Source: Geobacter metallireducens GS-15
GTDB taxonomy: Bacteria > Desulfobacterota > Desulfuromonadia > Geobacterales > Geobacteraceae
DNA: 32,000 bases
Direction: 5' to 3'
Assembly (NCBI RefSeq): GCF_000012925.1
Contig: NC_007517.1
Span: 510,001-542,000, forward strand
The notes below the pieces were generated by a model. The model was not told where the DNA came from. It saw nothing but the letters and a program-made list of their open reading frames with translations, and ran no database searches. A program made the position numbers and the translations under genes. Within the stretch, counting starts at the first letter, position 1. Every line of letters starts with the position of its first letter. Below are positions 1 to 8,302 of the stretch, in pieces.

Positions 1-624
1 CTTGATCTTGGTGCCGAAGGGGAGACAGACGATGTTGGCGGTCATGAGGCCGTAGATGGTGGCAACGAAGGCAACGGCGATGCCGGCACCCAGCTTGGAG
101 GAGTCCGACAGGTTCGCCATGACGTGGATGAGACCGAGGACGGCGCCGATGATACCGATGGTGGGTGCATAGCCGCCGGCCGCCTCGAAGAACTCGGCAC
201 TCTGCTTGGAGTGCTCCTCGTAGTAGGCGATCTCGATCTCCAGGGTTTCCCGCAGTTTCTGGGGGTCGATGCCGTCTACCACCAGGGAGATTCCCTTCTT
301 GGTGAAGGCGTCCTTGACGTTCTGGGCCTCCTGCTCCAGGGAGATGAGGCCGTTACGCCGGGCCTTGGCCGCGTAGCCGATGATCTCCTTGATGACCTTC
401 TCGGGGTCGTGCTGGGCAGGAAAGAGGACTTTCCTGATGTCCTTGACCGCCCCGATAATGGTCTTCATCGGATAGCTGACGAAGGCGGCTCCGAAGGTGC
501 CGCCAAGTACGATGAGTGCTGCAGTCGGCTGGATGAGGGCGCCCAAGTGCAGCCCCTCTATCAGTGCGCCTCCGATCACGGCCCCGAAGCCCATTACCAA
601 ACCGATGATTGTCGCGATATCCAT
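1..624 (-). CDS. motA: Flagellar motor stator protein MotA/PomA family, N-terminal 208 codons (3' end runs off the window)
   Basis: Manual reverse translation from ATG (complement of 622-624): MDIATIIGLVMGFGAVIGGALIEG...APTIGIIGAVLGLIHVMANL...VAFVATIYGLMTANIVCLPFGTKIK. Typical MotA TM and MotA_ExbB region. Missing from the ORF track because it is open at the window edge. Directly downstream of flbD. Confidence 0.85.
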   Translation of the reverse strand, partial: MDIATIIGLVMGFGAVIGGALIEGLHLGALIQPTAALIVLGGTFGAAFVSYPMKTIIGAVKDIRKVLFPAQHDPEKVIKEIIGYAAKARRNGLISLEQEAQNVKDAFTKKGISLVVDGIDPQKLRETLEIEIAYYEEHSKQSAEFFEAAGGYAPTIGIIGAVLGLIHVMANLSDSSKLGAGIAVAFVATIYGLMTANIVCLPFGTKIK

Positions 625-675
625 GCGTTAGTGGTCCCGTAAGAAAAGTAATTGAAGTGTAGGGTTGTGCAAGAT

Positions 676-939
676 TCAGTCCTCAAGGGGGCAGCAGAGA
701 CGGTAGATCGTCATCTTCTTGCGGAAAAGGTATTTTTTTGCTTTGCCCGGATTGGCCCGATGGAGGACGAGCGCCTTGAACGTGACGATCTTGTCGACGA
801 TTGCGGGAGCCTTCTCCAGCACGAGATACTTCTTGCCGTTGACAAGGGTGATGTGGGTGTCCGGAGTCTCTTCAACGGCTTCAATCAGGTCGGGATTTAC
901 CAGGAATTCGCTTCCATCGAGGCGTGTCAGCTTGATCAT
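676..939 (-). CDS. flbD: Flagellar protein FlbD
   Basis: 87 aa: MIKLTRLDGSEFLVNPDLIEAVEETPDTHITLVNGKKYLVLEKAPAIVDKI matches the FlbD family signature. Classic flbD-motA arrangement. Confidence 0.8.
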   Translation of the reverse strand: MIKLTRLDGSEFLVNPDLIEAVEETPDTHITLVNGKKYLVLEKAPAIVDKIVTFKALVLHRANPGKAKKYLFRKKMTIYRLCCPLED

Positions 940-1032
940 GGGGCACCTTTTGTCGAGAAGGGATAGTGGCAGCTCTCTCTCTTCATTTCGGTTGCATTGC
1001 GAAATACTTTAGAGAAAGCCATATGTGGGGCA

Positions 1033-1048
1033 GCAACTGTCATGCCAT
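1033..1048 (-). promoter_or_regulatory. Candidate sigma-54 (RpoN) promoter for flbD-motA
   Basis: Minus-strand sequence TGGCATGACAGTTGCT matches TGGCAC-N5-TTGCW with exact -24 GG / -12 GC spacing. About 95 nt upstream of the flbD ATG. Confidence 0.5.
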
Positions 1049-1141
1049 ACAGGGATTGATAAATATGCACAGTTTACCGGGTATTACATAAAAAATAACT
1101 ATTTTTCGGGAAGGTAGAGGATTTGAGCGGCAAAAAAATAT

Positions 1142-1168
1142 TCAAGATTTTGCCGGGCCGGCCGATAC
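1142..1168 (+). promoter_or_regulatory. Candidate sigma-28 (FliA) promoter for flaG
   Basis: TCAAGATT-N11-GCCGATAC resembles the enteric FliA consensus TAAAGTTT-N11-GCCGATAA. 38 nt upstream of the flaG ATG. Confidence 0.4.
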
Positions 1169-1205
1169 GGTTCATAAGGGATATCAGTTGTCAAGGAGGA
1201 GCCCC

Positions 1206-1580
1206 ATGAACGTGGAATTTTCCAATGTGGCCAGGGTAGTGCCGGGGGGAGCAACCGTGGCGGAGCCGCTTAAGCCTTCCCAGGCGGAAGAACGGAACAA
1301 GGAAGTTCCCGTCGAGCTGCCGAAAACGGCCCTGAAGGAGTTGTTGCCTGCTGAGCAGGAAGAGCGGGCTAAGGCGGCGGCCGACAGGATCAACGAATTC
1401 ATCGAGTCGTTCACCCGCGATCTTAAGTTCACTATCGACAAGGATTCCGAGAGGGTAGTGCTGAAGGTCGTTGACCGCAAGAGCGGCGACGTGATCAGGC
1501 AGATCCCGTCTGAAGAGGCTTTGAAAATAGCGAAGGCCCTTGATGAGCTCAAGGGGTTGATCATCAGAGAACAAGTGTAA
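1206..1580 (+). CDS. flaG: FlaG family flagellar protein
   Basis: ATG at 1206 preceded by AAGGAGGAG. C-terminal FTIDKDSERVVLKVVDRKSGDVIRQIPSEEALKIAKAL is the conserved FlaG core. The track ORF begins at 1188, an alternative start lacking an SD. Confidence 0.7.
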   Translation: MNVEFSNVARVVPGGATVAEPLKPSQAEERNKEVPVELPKTALKELLPAEQEERAKAAADRINEFIESFTRDLKFTIDKDSERVVLKVVDRKSGDVIRQIPSEEALKIAKALDELKGLIIREQV

Positions 1581-1724
1581 GATTCCAGACGCAGGGATTT
1601 GTTTTCTTGATGATTGCCGGTCTGAGGCGATGCTGCGTTCTGGTTGTCTGAAGTGTAACTTTGCGAAATGATTATGCTGAGGCAGCGGGCGGTTTTTTGT
1701 CTGACTTCATATATGTGTTTGCGT

Positions 1725-1751
1725 CAAAAAACCGCCTATGGCGGTTTTTTG
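1725..1751. terminator. Bidirectional intrinsic terminator between convergent flaG and the HDOD gene
   Basis: CAAAAAACCGCC-TAT-GGCGGTTTTTTG: GC stem flanked by an A-tract and a T-tract. A further GGCGGTTTTTT copy at 1688-1698 allows alternative pairing. Confidence 0.6.
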
Positions 1752-1770
1752 TTGCCATTGACGATTAACA

Positions 1771-2625
1771 TCAATCGTTCAGGAAGAAACTCTTGTTCTC
1801 CTCGAAGGTTTCCTGGAACGTTGCCAATGCCTTTTCCGCTGTATCGGAAGTGAAGCCGAGGAGCATTGCCTCGGGTGCATTGGTCAGGTTCAGGTCGTCG
1901 TCGGCATCCCGGTCGCCGATCCCGAGTTTCTTGCAGAACTTGTTGGCCAGGCTCGCCGTGGCGGTGAGGAAGAGGTCGTACTGGTCGGTGATGGGGGCGC
2001 TCCCGAACTGATGGTGGTGCATGATGGCGGTGGAGAGGGACTCGGGGAAGTTCCACTTCCGGATGACCAGTGCACCCACTTCGGCATGGGAGTACGGGTA
2101 AACGCTCCGCTCCGCCTCCGCGAAAGGGATTCCTTCGTTGTAGCAGCGCATCATCACCCCCTGGAACTTCTGGGGGTCGCGGTTACTCATAATGGTTTTG
2201 CCAAGGTCGTGGAAAAGCCCCACCAGAAAGCCCGTTTCCTCGTTGATGAACCTTCCCTGGGTGGCAATGACCCTTCCCGCCAGGGCCGCGCCGACGGAAT
2301 GTTCCCAGAGCATCTTCTCCGTGAGCCCGAACCGCCTGTTGAGCTGCTTGAGCGATGCGGCGATGACGAGGCTCTTCAGGGTCTTGAAGCCCAGGAGCAT
2401 GATGGCGGCGGAGAGGGTGTTGATCTGCCGCTGGCAGCCGTAGTAGGCCGAGTTGGAGAGCTTGAGGATGCGGGCAGCCACAGCCGGGTCGGAGGAGACT
2501 GCAGTGGCCAGTTTTTCGATGGTGACGTCTTCCTGCTCGATCAGTTCGATGACCTTGGTGGCCACTACGGGGATCGTGGGAAGGTCGACGGCGGACATGA
2601 TGAGGGTTTCAAGTTCTTTGTTCAT
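1771..2625 (-). CDS. HDOD domain-containing signalling protein
   Basis: 284 aa. [15 protein letters not shown]...[19 protein letters not shown]...GLFHDLGK is the HDOD (HD-related output domain) pattern. Confidence 0.85.
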   Translation of the reverse strand: MNKELETLIMSAVDLPTIPVVATKVIELIEQEDVTIEKLATAVSSDPAVAARILKLSNSAYYGCQRQINTLSAAIMLLGFKTLKSLVIAASLKQLNRRFGLTEKMLWEHSVGAALAGRVIATQGRFINEETGFLVGLFHDLGKTIMSNRDPQKFQGVMMRCYNEGIPFAEAERSVYPYSHAEVGALVIRKWNFPESLSTAIMHHHQFGSAPITDQYDLFLTATASLANKFCKKLGIGDRDADDDLNLTNAPEAMLLGFTSDTAEKALATFQETFEENKSFFLND

Positions 2626-2781
2626 GGTATATTACCTGTCGCGTGTGGCGAATGTGCGGCGAAAAAAGTCTCTCACCGTACGTTGCAAATACCTCGCCCA
2701 TACCTCTATCCGATTGCGCGGAACCCGCCGAGATGGTATGACTGTACCCGGCATCAACAAAGCTCTGACAGGGAGATAACG

Positions 2782-3396
2782 GTGAAGGTATCAAGCGCAG
2801 AATTCGTCACGAGCGGCACCAGGCCGGCCCATTACCCGCCGCCGGAACTCCCGGAGGTGGCCTTTGCCGGTCGCTCCAATGTCGGAAAATCGTCACTCAT
2901 CAATGTCCTCGTGAATCGCAAGGGGCTCGTCAGGACCAGTTCCACCCCCGGTCGGACCCAACTCATCAACTTTTTCCGGGTCAACGGGAGCCTCATGCTG
3001 GTGGACCTGCCCGGCTACGGGTTCGCGAAGGTACCCCTGGCAGTGAAGAAGGAATGGGGCCCCATGGTGGAGACCTACCTCTCCACTCGCCCCAACCTGA
3101 GTTGCGTAGTCCTCATCGTCGACATTCGCCGGGAGCCCACGGAGGAGGATCAGTTGATGCTCCAGTGGCTGCGGGCCTACAACGTCGCCGTCCTTGTGGT
3201 GGTGACCAAGTGCGACAAGGTGTCCAAGAATGAGCGGGCCAAGCAGGCGGCGATCATCACCCGTACCTTGGGTCTCGCCCGGGACGAGATGGCCTTTTTC
3301 TCCGCCCTCTCCAAGGAGGGGCGCGACGAGGTGTGGGCGCGGATCGAGGTGATGCTGGCCGCTGGCCAGGAGGAGGCGGAGGAGTCGGGTGAGTGA
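2782..3396 (+). CDS. engB: Ribosome biogenesis GTP-binding protein EngB/YsxC
   Basis: GTG at 2782 preceded by GGGAGA. G1 motif [25 protein letters not shown] (G4). The first ~257 codons of the 2011..3396 track ORF are antisense to the HDOD gene and are rejected. Confidence 0.9.
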   Translation: MKVSSAEFVTSGTRPAHYPPPELPEVAFAGRSNVGKSSLINVLVNRKGLVRTSSTPGRTQLINFFRVNGSLMLVDLPGYGFAKVPLAVKKEWGPMVETYLSTRPNLSCVVLIVDIRREPTEEDQLMLQWLRAYNVAVLVVVTKCDKVSKNERAKQAAIITRTLGLARDEMAFFSALSKEGRDEVWARIEVMLAAGQEEAEESGE

Positions 3397-3416
3397 ATGG
3401 CACTCCGTTTCAGCCG

Positions 3417-3446
3417 TTGACATTCAGTCGCCCCCTATGCTAGAAC
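3417..3446 (+). promoter_or_regulatory. Possible sigma-70 promoter driving the riboswitch and B12 operon
   Basis: TTGACA (3417-3422), 18 nt spacer, TG-c-TAGAAC extended -10-like (3438-3446). Pattern match only. Confidence 0.3.
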
Positions 3447-3470
3447 TAGCGGTACAACAAAATACATTTT

Positions 3471-3654
3471 ACGTTCAGGTGCTTTTGCCTCATGGCAGAA
3501 GGTAAAAGGGAAAAGGGTGCGACTCCCTTGCTGTCCCGCAACTGTGAACGGTGATGAAAGCCGCAACGATGCCACTGATCTGGTTTCCATGATGAAACCC
3601 CGGGAAGGCGCGGCGAGTAAAGTGATCCGTGAGCCAGGAAACCTGCCTGACCGT
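3471..3654 (+). promoter_or_regulatory. Cobalamin (AdoCbl) riboswitch aptamer
   Basis: Conserved core elements read directly: AAAAGGGAAAAGGGTGCGACTCC, GCTGTCCCGCAACTGTGAA, GCCACTG, CCCGGGAAGGCG and the B12 box GAGCCAGGAAACCTGCC. P1 candidate ACGTTCAGG (3471-3479) with CCTGACCGT (3646-3654). Confidence 0.85.
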
Positions 3655-3721
3655 CAGCTTCACAGGACCTCCGTGGAAGAGGCTCCGAGGCCCGGCGTTC
3701 GGCTTTTCACCGGTTTTTGGA

Positions 3722-3751
3722 CCCCGCTTCCCTTCAGGAGGCGGGGTTTTT
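3722..3751 (+). terminator. Riboswitch expression platform: intrinsic terminator that sequesters the cobU SD
   Basis: CCCCGCTTCC (3722-3731), loop CTTCA, GGAGGCGGGG (3737-3746), then TTTTT. The only SD-like sequence (GGAGG 3737-3741) lies in the 3' arm. cobU ATG at 3757. Confidence 0.6.
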
Positions 3752-3756
3752 CATTT

Positions 3757-4275
3757 ATGGCGCCAGTGATTTTCATAACCGGGGGGGGCCGCAGCGGCAA
3801 GAGCCGGCTGGCCGAGCGCATCTCGGGGGGGTTCGGCGCCCCCCTGGGCTACCTGGCCACCGGAACCGCCGGCGACGGGGAGATGGCGGAGCGGATTGCC
3901 CGCCACCGGCAGCGGCGGGGTGACGACTGGACCACCATCGAAGAGCCGCTTGATCTTGCCGGCGTCCTCCGGGAGAACGACGGCCGCTTCAGCGCCATCC
4001 TCGTGGACTGTGTGACCCTCTGGCTCACGAATCTCCTTCTTGCCTGCGACGACCCTGCCCGGTGTGTGGCGCGAGTCAAAGAGCTGACGTCGCTTTTCCC
4101 TCAGCTCACGACCCCGCTGGTCCTCGTTTCCAACGAGGTGGGGATGGGGATTGTTCCCGAGAACCGGCTTGCCCGCCAGTTCCGCGACTTGGCCGGAGAG
4201 GCCAACGAGATGATCGCCGCCGCGGCCGGCGAGGTTTACGTAACCTTCAGCGGACTGCCGTTGAGATTGAAGTGA
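3757..4275 (+). CDS. cobU: Adenosylcobinamide kinase / adenosylcobinamide-phosphate guanylyltransferase
   Basis: 172 aa. [20 protein letters not shown] (P-loop), [40 protein letters not shown]. The ORF upstream of 3757 overlaps the riboswitch and is rejected. Confidence 0.9.
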   Translation: MAPVIFITGGGRSGKSRLAERISGGFGAPLGYLATGTAGDGEMAERIARHRQRRGDDWTTIEEPLDLAGVLRENDGRFSAILVDCVTLWLTNLLLACDDPARCVARVKELTSLFPQLTTPLVLVSNEVGMGIVPENRLARQFRDLAGEANEMIAAAAGEVYVTFSGLPLRLK

Positions 4276-4279
4276 ATGT

Positions 4280-4344
4280 GTAGGGGCGCTGCTTGCCGCA
4301 CCCTTTGTGCAGTTGAAGAAGGGCGCGGCAAGCGGCGCCCCTAC
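4280..4344. repeat. 26-bp-arm intercistronic hairpin (cobU|cobT)
   Basis: GTAGGGGCGCTGCTTGCCGCACCCTT (4280-4305) and AAGGGCGCGGCAAGCGGCGCCCCTAC (4319-4344) are reverse complements at 24/26 positions, with a 13 nt loop. Confidence 0.8.
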
Positions 4345-4369
4345 GAATAATCTTGAAAAGAGGTACTCT

Positions 4370-5431
4370 ATGACCCTGTTGACCGAAACCCTGTCAAATA
4401 TCCGTCCCGTGGACGCCGGCCTCATGGCCCAGGCCCAGGCGCGGCTCGACAACAAGACCAAGCCCATCGGCTCCCTCGGCCGCCTGGAGGAGTTCGCCCG
4501 GCGCACCGTGGCCATTAGCGGGAGCCTGGACCCTTCTACGGCGAAGAAAGCGATCTTCACCTTCGCCGCCGACCACGGGGTGGTGGAGGAGGGGGTTTCC
4601 GCCTTCCCGAAGGAAGTGACGGTCCAGATGGTCTTCAATTTCCTCAAGGGGGGAGCCGGGATCAACGTCCTTGCCAACCACGTGGGTGCCGATGTCCTCG
4701 TGGTGGACATGGGGATCGACCATGATTTCGGCGACACCCCTGGCCTCATCGACCGCAAGGTGGCCCGCGGTACCCGCAACATGGCGAAGGGGCCGGCCAT
4801 GACCCGGGAGGAGGCCGTGACGGCCCTGGAAGCGGGGATCGAACTGGCCTGCGGCTGCAAGGCCGACGGAGTTGCCATGGCGGGTACCGGGGAGATGGGA
4901 ATCGGCAACACGACGGCGGCATCGGCCATCATCGCCGCCTTCTCCGGGAAAACCGTCGCCGACGTGACCCACCGGGGAACCGGCATCAATGACGCCGCAC
5001 TGGCGAAGAAGGTCACGATCATCGAGCAGGCCCTTGCCGTGAACCGCCCCGACCCGAAGGACCCCATCGACGTCCTTGCCAAGGTGGGGGGGCTGGAGAT
5101 CGCCGGCATCGCCGGCCTTGTCCTCGGCTGCGCCGCCAATCGGATTCCGGTGGTGGTGGACGGCTTCATCTCCACGGCCGGCGCCCTCATTGCCTGTGAG
5201 CTTTGCCCCACGGTGAAGGAGTACATTTTCGCGGCCCACGAGTCGGTGGAGATCGGCCACCGGTTCATGCTGGAGCGGATCGGCGCGGAACCGATCCTCG
5301 ATCTGCACCTGCGCCTCGGCGAGGGGACCGGAGCGGCTCTGGCCATGGGGCTCATCGAAGCGGGAGTCAAGATTCTGAAAGAAATGGCCACCTTCGCGGA
5401 GGCCGGCGTGGAAAAAGGCCGGGACCAGTAA
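4370..5431 (+). CDS. cobT: Nicotinate-nucleotide--dimethylbenzimidazole phosphoribosyltransferase
   Basis: ATG at 4370 after [56 protein letters not shown] are CobT signatures. The stop TAA (5429-5431) lies inside a degenerate heptamer unit of repeat A. Confidence 0.9.
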   Translation: MTLLTETLSNIRPVDAGLMAQAQARLDNKTKPIGSLGRLEEFARRTVAISGSLDPSTAKKAIFTFAADHGVVEEGVSAFPKEVTVQMVFNFLKGGAGINVLANHVGADVLVVDMGIDHDFGDTPGLIDRKVARGTRNMAKGPAMTREEAVTALEAGIELACGCKADGVAMAGTGEMGIGNTTAASAIIAAFSGKTVADVTHRGTGINDAALAKKVTIIEQALAVNRPDPKDPIDVLAKVGGLEIAGIAGLVLGCAANRIPVVVDGFISTAGALIACELCPTVKEYIFAAHESVEIGHRFMLERIGAEPILDLHLRLGEGTGAALAMGLIEAGVKILKEMATFAEAGVEKGRDQ

Positions 5432-5559
5432 CCGGGGACCAGGGACTGGGAAAACCTTTATCCAACCGATGAACGGGATCAGGAACATGAATATGCTGAA
5501 GTCGCATGAGCAGAAGAGGTTTTTTACCGGTCCCCGGTCCCCGGTCCCCAGTCCCCGCC
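5417..5559. repeat. GGGGACC-heptamer inverted-repeat element A (spans the cobT stop and cobS 5' end)
   Basis: + arm GGCCGGGACCAGTAACCGGGGACCAGGGACTGGGAAAACC (5417-5456). - arm GGTTTTTACCGGTCCCCGGTCCCCGGTCCCCAGTCCCCGCC (5518-5559). 61 nt spacer containing ATGs at 5469, 5487 and 5493. Confidence 0.85.
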
Positions 5560-6293
5560 TTTTCTTTATCGCCTTCCAGTTCCTGACCATCATCCCCCTG
5601 CCGTTCACCCTCCGTTGGGAGGAGAACGACCTGGGGCGCTCCATGGCGTTCTTTCCCCTGGCGGGGCTCACCATAGGCGGGCTCCTGGCCGGGGCTGACT
5701 TTCTCCTGGCGGAGGTTCTGCCCCGCCCGATTGAGGACCTCCTCCTGGTGGCGCTCCTGGCGGCCATGACCGGGGCGCTCCACCACGACGGGCTCGCCGA
5801 TGTCTGCGACGGCCTGGCTGCCCGGGGGAGCCGGGACCGTTTCCTGGCGGTGATGAAGGATTCGCGCATCGGCGCCGTGGGGGTGGTGGGGCTCGTGCTG
5901 GGGCTTCTCCTCAAGTACCAGGCCCTCCTGGCCCTTTCCCCCGAGGTGAAGCGCCAGGTCCTCTTCTTCTTCCCGGCCGTGGCCCGCTTCGCCCAGGTGC
6001 AGATGACCGTCGGTTCCCGGCGGGCTCGGGAGGACGGCCTCGGCGCCGCCTGTATCGCCGGTGCCGGTGTGACACAGCTTCTGGTGGCTGGGGCCATAAC
6101 TCTTGCTGCGACGTATTTTCTTCTCGGCATGAAGGGGATCGGTTGCTGGGCGGTCCTCTCCCTCTTCACGGCCGGGACAAAGGCCTGGTCCCACCGGCGC
6201 CTCGGCGGGGTGACCGGCGATGTCATCGGCTGTGCCAGTGAGTTGAACGAAATTATCTGCCTGCTGATTATTGTGGGCATGCAGAAGATGTAA
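5469..6293 (+). CDS. cobS: Adenosylcobinamide-GDP ribazoletransferase (cobalamin 5'-phosphate synthase)
   Basis: FQFLTIIPLP..., HHDGLADVCDG, multiple TM segments typical of CobS. Start uncertain (ATG 5469, 5487 or 5493, none with a strong SD). All candidates force translation of the C-rich repeat arm (TGPRSPVPSPR) as an N-terminal extension. Confidence 0.8.
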   Translation: MNGIRNMNMLKSHEQKRFFTGPRSPVPSPRLFFIAFQFLTIIPLPFTLRWEENDLGRSMAFFPLAGLTIGGLLAGADFLLAEVLPRPIEDLLLVALLAAMTGALHHDGLADVCDGLAARGSRDRFLAVMKDSRIGAVGVVGLVLGLLLKYQALLALSPEVKRQVLFFFPAVARFAQVQMTVGSRRAREDGLGAACIAGAGVTQLLVAGAITLAATYFLLGMKGIGCWAVLSLFTAGTKAWSHRRLGGVTGDVIGCASELNEIICLLIIVGMQKM

Positions 6294-6303
6294 GGAAAGC
6301 GAC

Positions 6304-6909
6304 ATGACACCAAAAACACGGATTCATCTCATCCGCCACGGCGAAGTTGAAGGGGCCGGGCCGGTGCGTCGTTATAACGGCCATACCGACGTGGCCCTCT
6401 CGGAGCGGGGGCGGAGCCAGTACCACGCCATCAAGGAGCGCTTTGCGGACGCCCCCATAACGGCCCTCTACACGAGCGATCTCCGGCGCTGCGCCTGGGG
6501 GGCCGAGGTGCTCGGCTCCCACCTGGGTCTCACCCCGGTGCGAAAACCGGAGCTGCGGGAGATGGGGGTGGGGATCTGGGAGGGTAAGAGCTGGCCCGAG
6601 CTTATGGAGCAGTATCCTGCAGAGTGGCAGGCCCGGCTCGACGACATCGTCAACTACCGGGTCCCCCAGGGGGAAAGTGTTCTCGACGTGCACGGCCGGG
6701 TGATGCCGGTCATCAATGACATCGTGGAGCGCCACCGGGGTGAGGAAGTCCTCGTGGTGGCCCACGGCGGGGTGAACCGGATCATCCTCCTGAACGCCAT
6801 CGGCGCCCCCCTTTCGAGCCTTTTTGCCATCGAGCAGACCTACTGTTGCCTGAACATCATTGACTACTTCGCCGACGGCAACACCGTCGTGAAGCTGGTG
6901 AACGGCTGA
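6304..6909 (+). CDS. cobC: Alpha-ribazole-5'-phosphate phosphatase (histidine phosphatase family)
   Basis: ATG 6304 after [19 protein letters not shown]...[23 protein letters not shown] are histidine phosphatase motifs. Context between cobS and cbiA. Confidence 0.8.
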   Translation: MTPKTRIHLIRHGEVEGAGPVRRYNGHTDVALSERGRSQYHAIKERFADAPITALYTSDLRRCAWGAEVLGSHLGLTPVRKPELREMGVGIWEGKSWPELMEQYPAEWQARLDDIVNYRVPQGESVLDVHGRVMPVINDIVERHRGEEVLVVAHGGVNRIILLNAIGAPLSSLFAIEQTYCCLNIIDYFADGNTVVKLVNG

Positions 6910-6913
6910 CGTC

Positions 6914-8302
6914 ATGAAATCAATCATCATCGCAGCGCCCCACAGCGGGTCGGGCAAGACGACCATCACCCTCGGCATTATGGAGTGCCTGAAGCGGCGC
7001 GGACTCACGGTGGCCCCCTTCAAGGTGGGGCCCGACTTCATCGATCCCGGTTATCACCGTCTCATCTGCGGCCGTCCCTCCGTCAACCTGGACGGCTGGA
7101 TGTGCGGCGGCGACTTCGTGCAGGAGACCTTCTTTCACCACGCCGCCGGCGCCGACATCGCTGTCGTCGAGGGGGTCATGGGGCTCTTTGACGGCATCGG
7201 CGGCGTGTCGGACGAGGGGAGCACCGCGGAGGTGGCGAAGCTCCTGGGGGGGCCGGTGGTCCTTGTGGCGGACGCCAAGGGGCAGGCCCGCAGCGTCGCC
7301 GCCCTGGTGAAGGGGTTTGCCGATTTCGACCCCGAGGTGAGGGTCGTGGGGGTCATCTTCAATAACGTGGCGAGCGATGCCCACGGCCGCATCCTGCGGG
7401 AGGCCGTGGAAAGTCATCTCCCCGACGTGCGGGTTTTGGGGTGCATCCCCCGCGACGAGAGCCTCTCCATCCCCTCGCGGCACCTGGGGCTCTTTACCGT
7501 TGATGAGAACCCCCTCCCGGCGGAGTTTCTCGATCACCTCGTGGAGGTGGTCCGGGAGCATGTGGATCTGGGGATGCTCTGGAGCGTGGCCACCCTTCAG
7601 GGGGCGTCTGATGTAAAGAGGCGGCAGGATGCGCCGCGCCGGGAACCGGTCCGGATCGGCGTTGCCCGCGATGCCGCCTTCTGCTTCGTCTACGAGGACA
7701 ATCTGCGGCTCCTGCGTGAGGCCGGCGCGGAGCTGGTGGAGTTCTCTCCCCTGGCCGACAGGGAGCTTCCCGAAGGGGTTGCGGGGCTCTACCTCCCCGG
7801 CGGGTACCCGGAGGTTTTCGCCGACGTCCTGGCAGACAACACCCCCATGAAGGATGCGGTGCGCGGGGCGGTGGTCGGGGAGATGCCGGTCTATGCCGAG
7901 TGCGGCGGGTTCATCTACCTTTCCCGGGGGGTGACTGGCATGCGGGATGATCTGGAATCGTTCAACGAATTTGTCGGCATCTTCCCCGTCGCCACCCTGA
8001 TGCTCCCCCGCCGCAAGGCCCTGGGGTATCGGGAGGTGGAGCTTGCCGCAGACTCCATCATCGGCCCCGTTGGCGCCATGGCCCGGGGGCACGAGTTCCA
8101 CTACTCGGAGATGGAGGCGATGCCCCCCGAGGTGGAGCGCCTCTACCGGGTGCGCCGGGCCGGCATCGACTTGGGGACGGAAGGGTATCGCCACCGGAAC
8201 TGTCTTGCCTCCTACGTCCATATCCACTTCGGGAGTTGCCCGGATATGGCGGAGGCGTTCGTGAACCATTGCCGAAACTACGCACAAAGGAGCCATTCAT
8301 GA
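6914..8302 (+). CDS. cbiA: Cobyrinate a,c-diamide synthase
   Basis: 462 aa. [33 protein letters not shown]-terminal GATase with [10 protein letters not shown]. Confidence 0.9.
   Translation: MKSIIIAAPHSGSGKTTITLGIMECLKRRGLTVAPFKVGPDFIDPGYHRLICGRPSVNLDGWMCGGDFVQETFFHHAAGADIAVVEGVMGLFDGIGGVSDEGSTAEVAKLLGGPVVLVADAKGQARSVAALVKGFADFDPEVRVVGVIFNNVASDAHGRILREAVESHLPDVRVLGCIPRDESLSIPSRHLGLFTVDENPLPAEFLDHLVEVVREHVDLGMLWSVATLQGASDVKRRQDAPRREPVRIGVARDAAFCFVYEDNLRLLREAGAELVEFSPLADRELPEGVAGLYLPGGYPEVFADVLADNTPMKDAVRGAVVGEMPVYAECGGFIYLSRGVTGMRDDLESFNEFVGIFPVATLMLPRRKALGYREVELAADSIIGPVGAMARGHEFHYSEMEAMPPEVERLYRVRRAGIDLGTEGYRHRNCLASYVHIHFGSCPDMAEAFVNHCRNYAQRSHS

Noticed and set aside
124-642. 172-aa + strand ORF (Asp/Gly/Leu-rich)
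   Set aside because: It lies exactly antisense to a convincing MotA coding sequence, with no SD and a low-complexity product. It is a shadow ORF of a GC-rich gene.
1585-1644. Inverted repeat CCAGACGCAG ... CTGCGTTCTGG downstream of flaG as a possible sRNA or regulatory hairpin
   Set aside because: The stem is short and imperfect with a ~40 nt loop, has no flanking promoter or terminator logic, and no second copy occurs in the window. Evidence is insufficient.
2011-2781. N-terminal 257-codon extension of the engB ORF
   Set aside because: It is antisense to the HDOD gene. The EngB homology, a GTG start and a GGGAGA SD all begin at 2782.
3751-6319. Very long minus-strand ORFs (546 aa and 641 aa) across cobU/cobT/cobS
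   Set aside because: Their products are Ala/Arg/Pro/Ser-rich low complexity with no recognisable motifs. The + strand frames give full-length CobU, CobT and CobS with all signatures. Long stop-free antisense frames are expected at this GC content.
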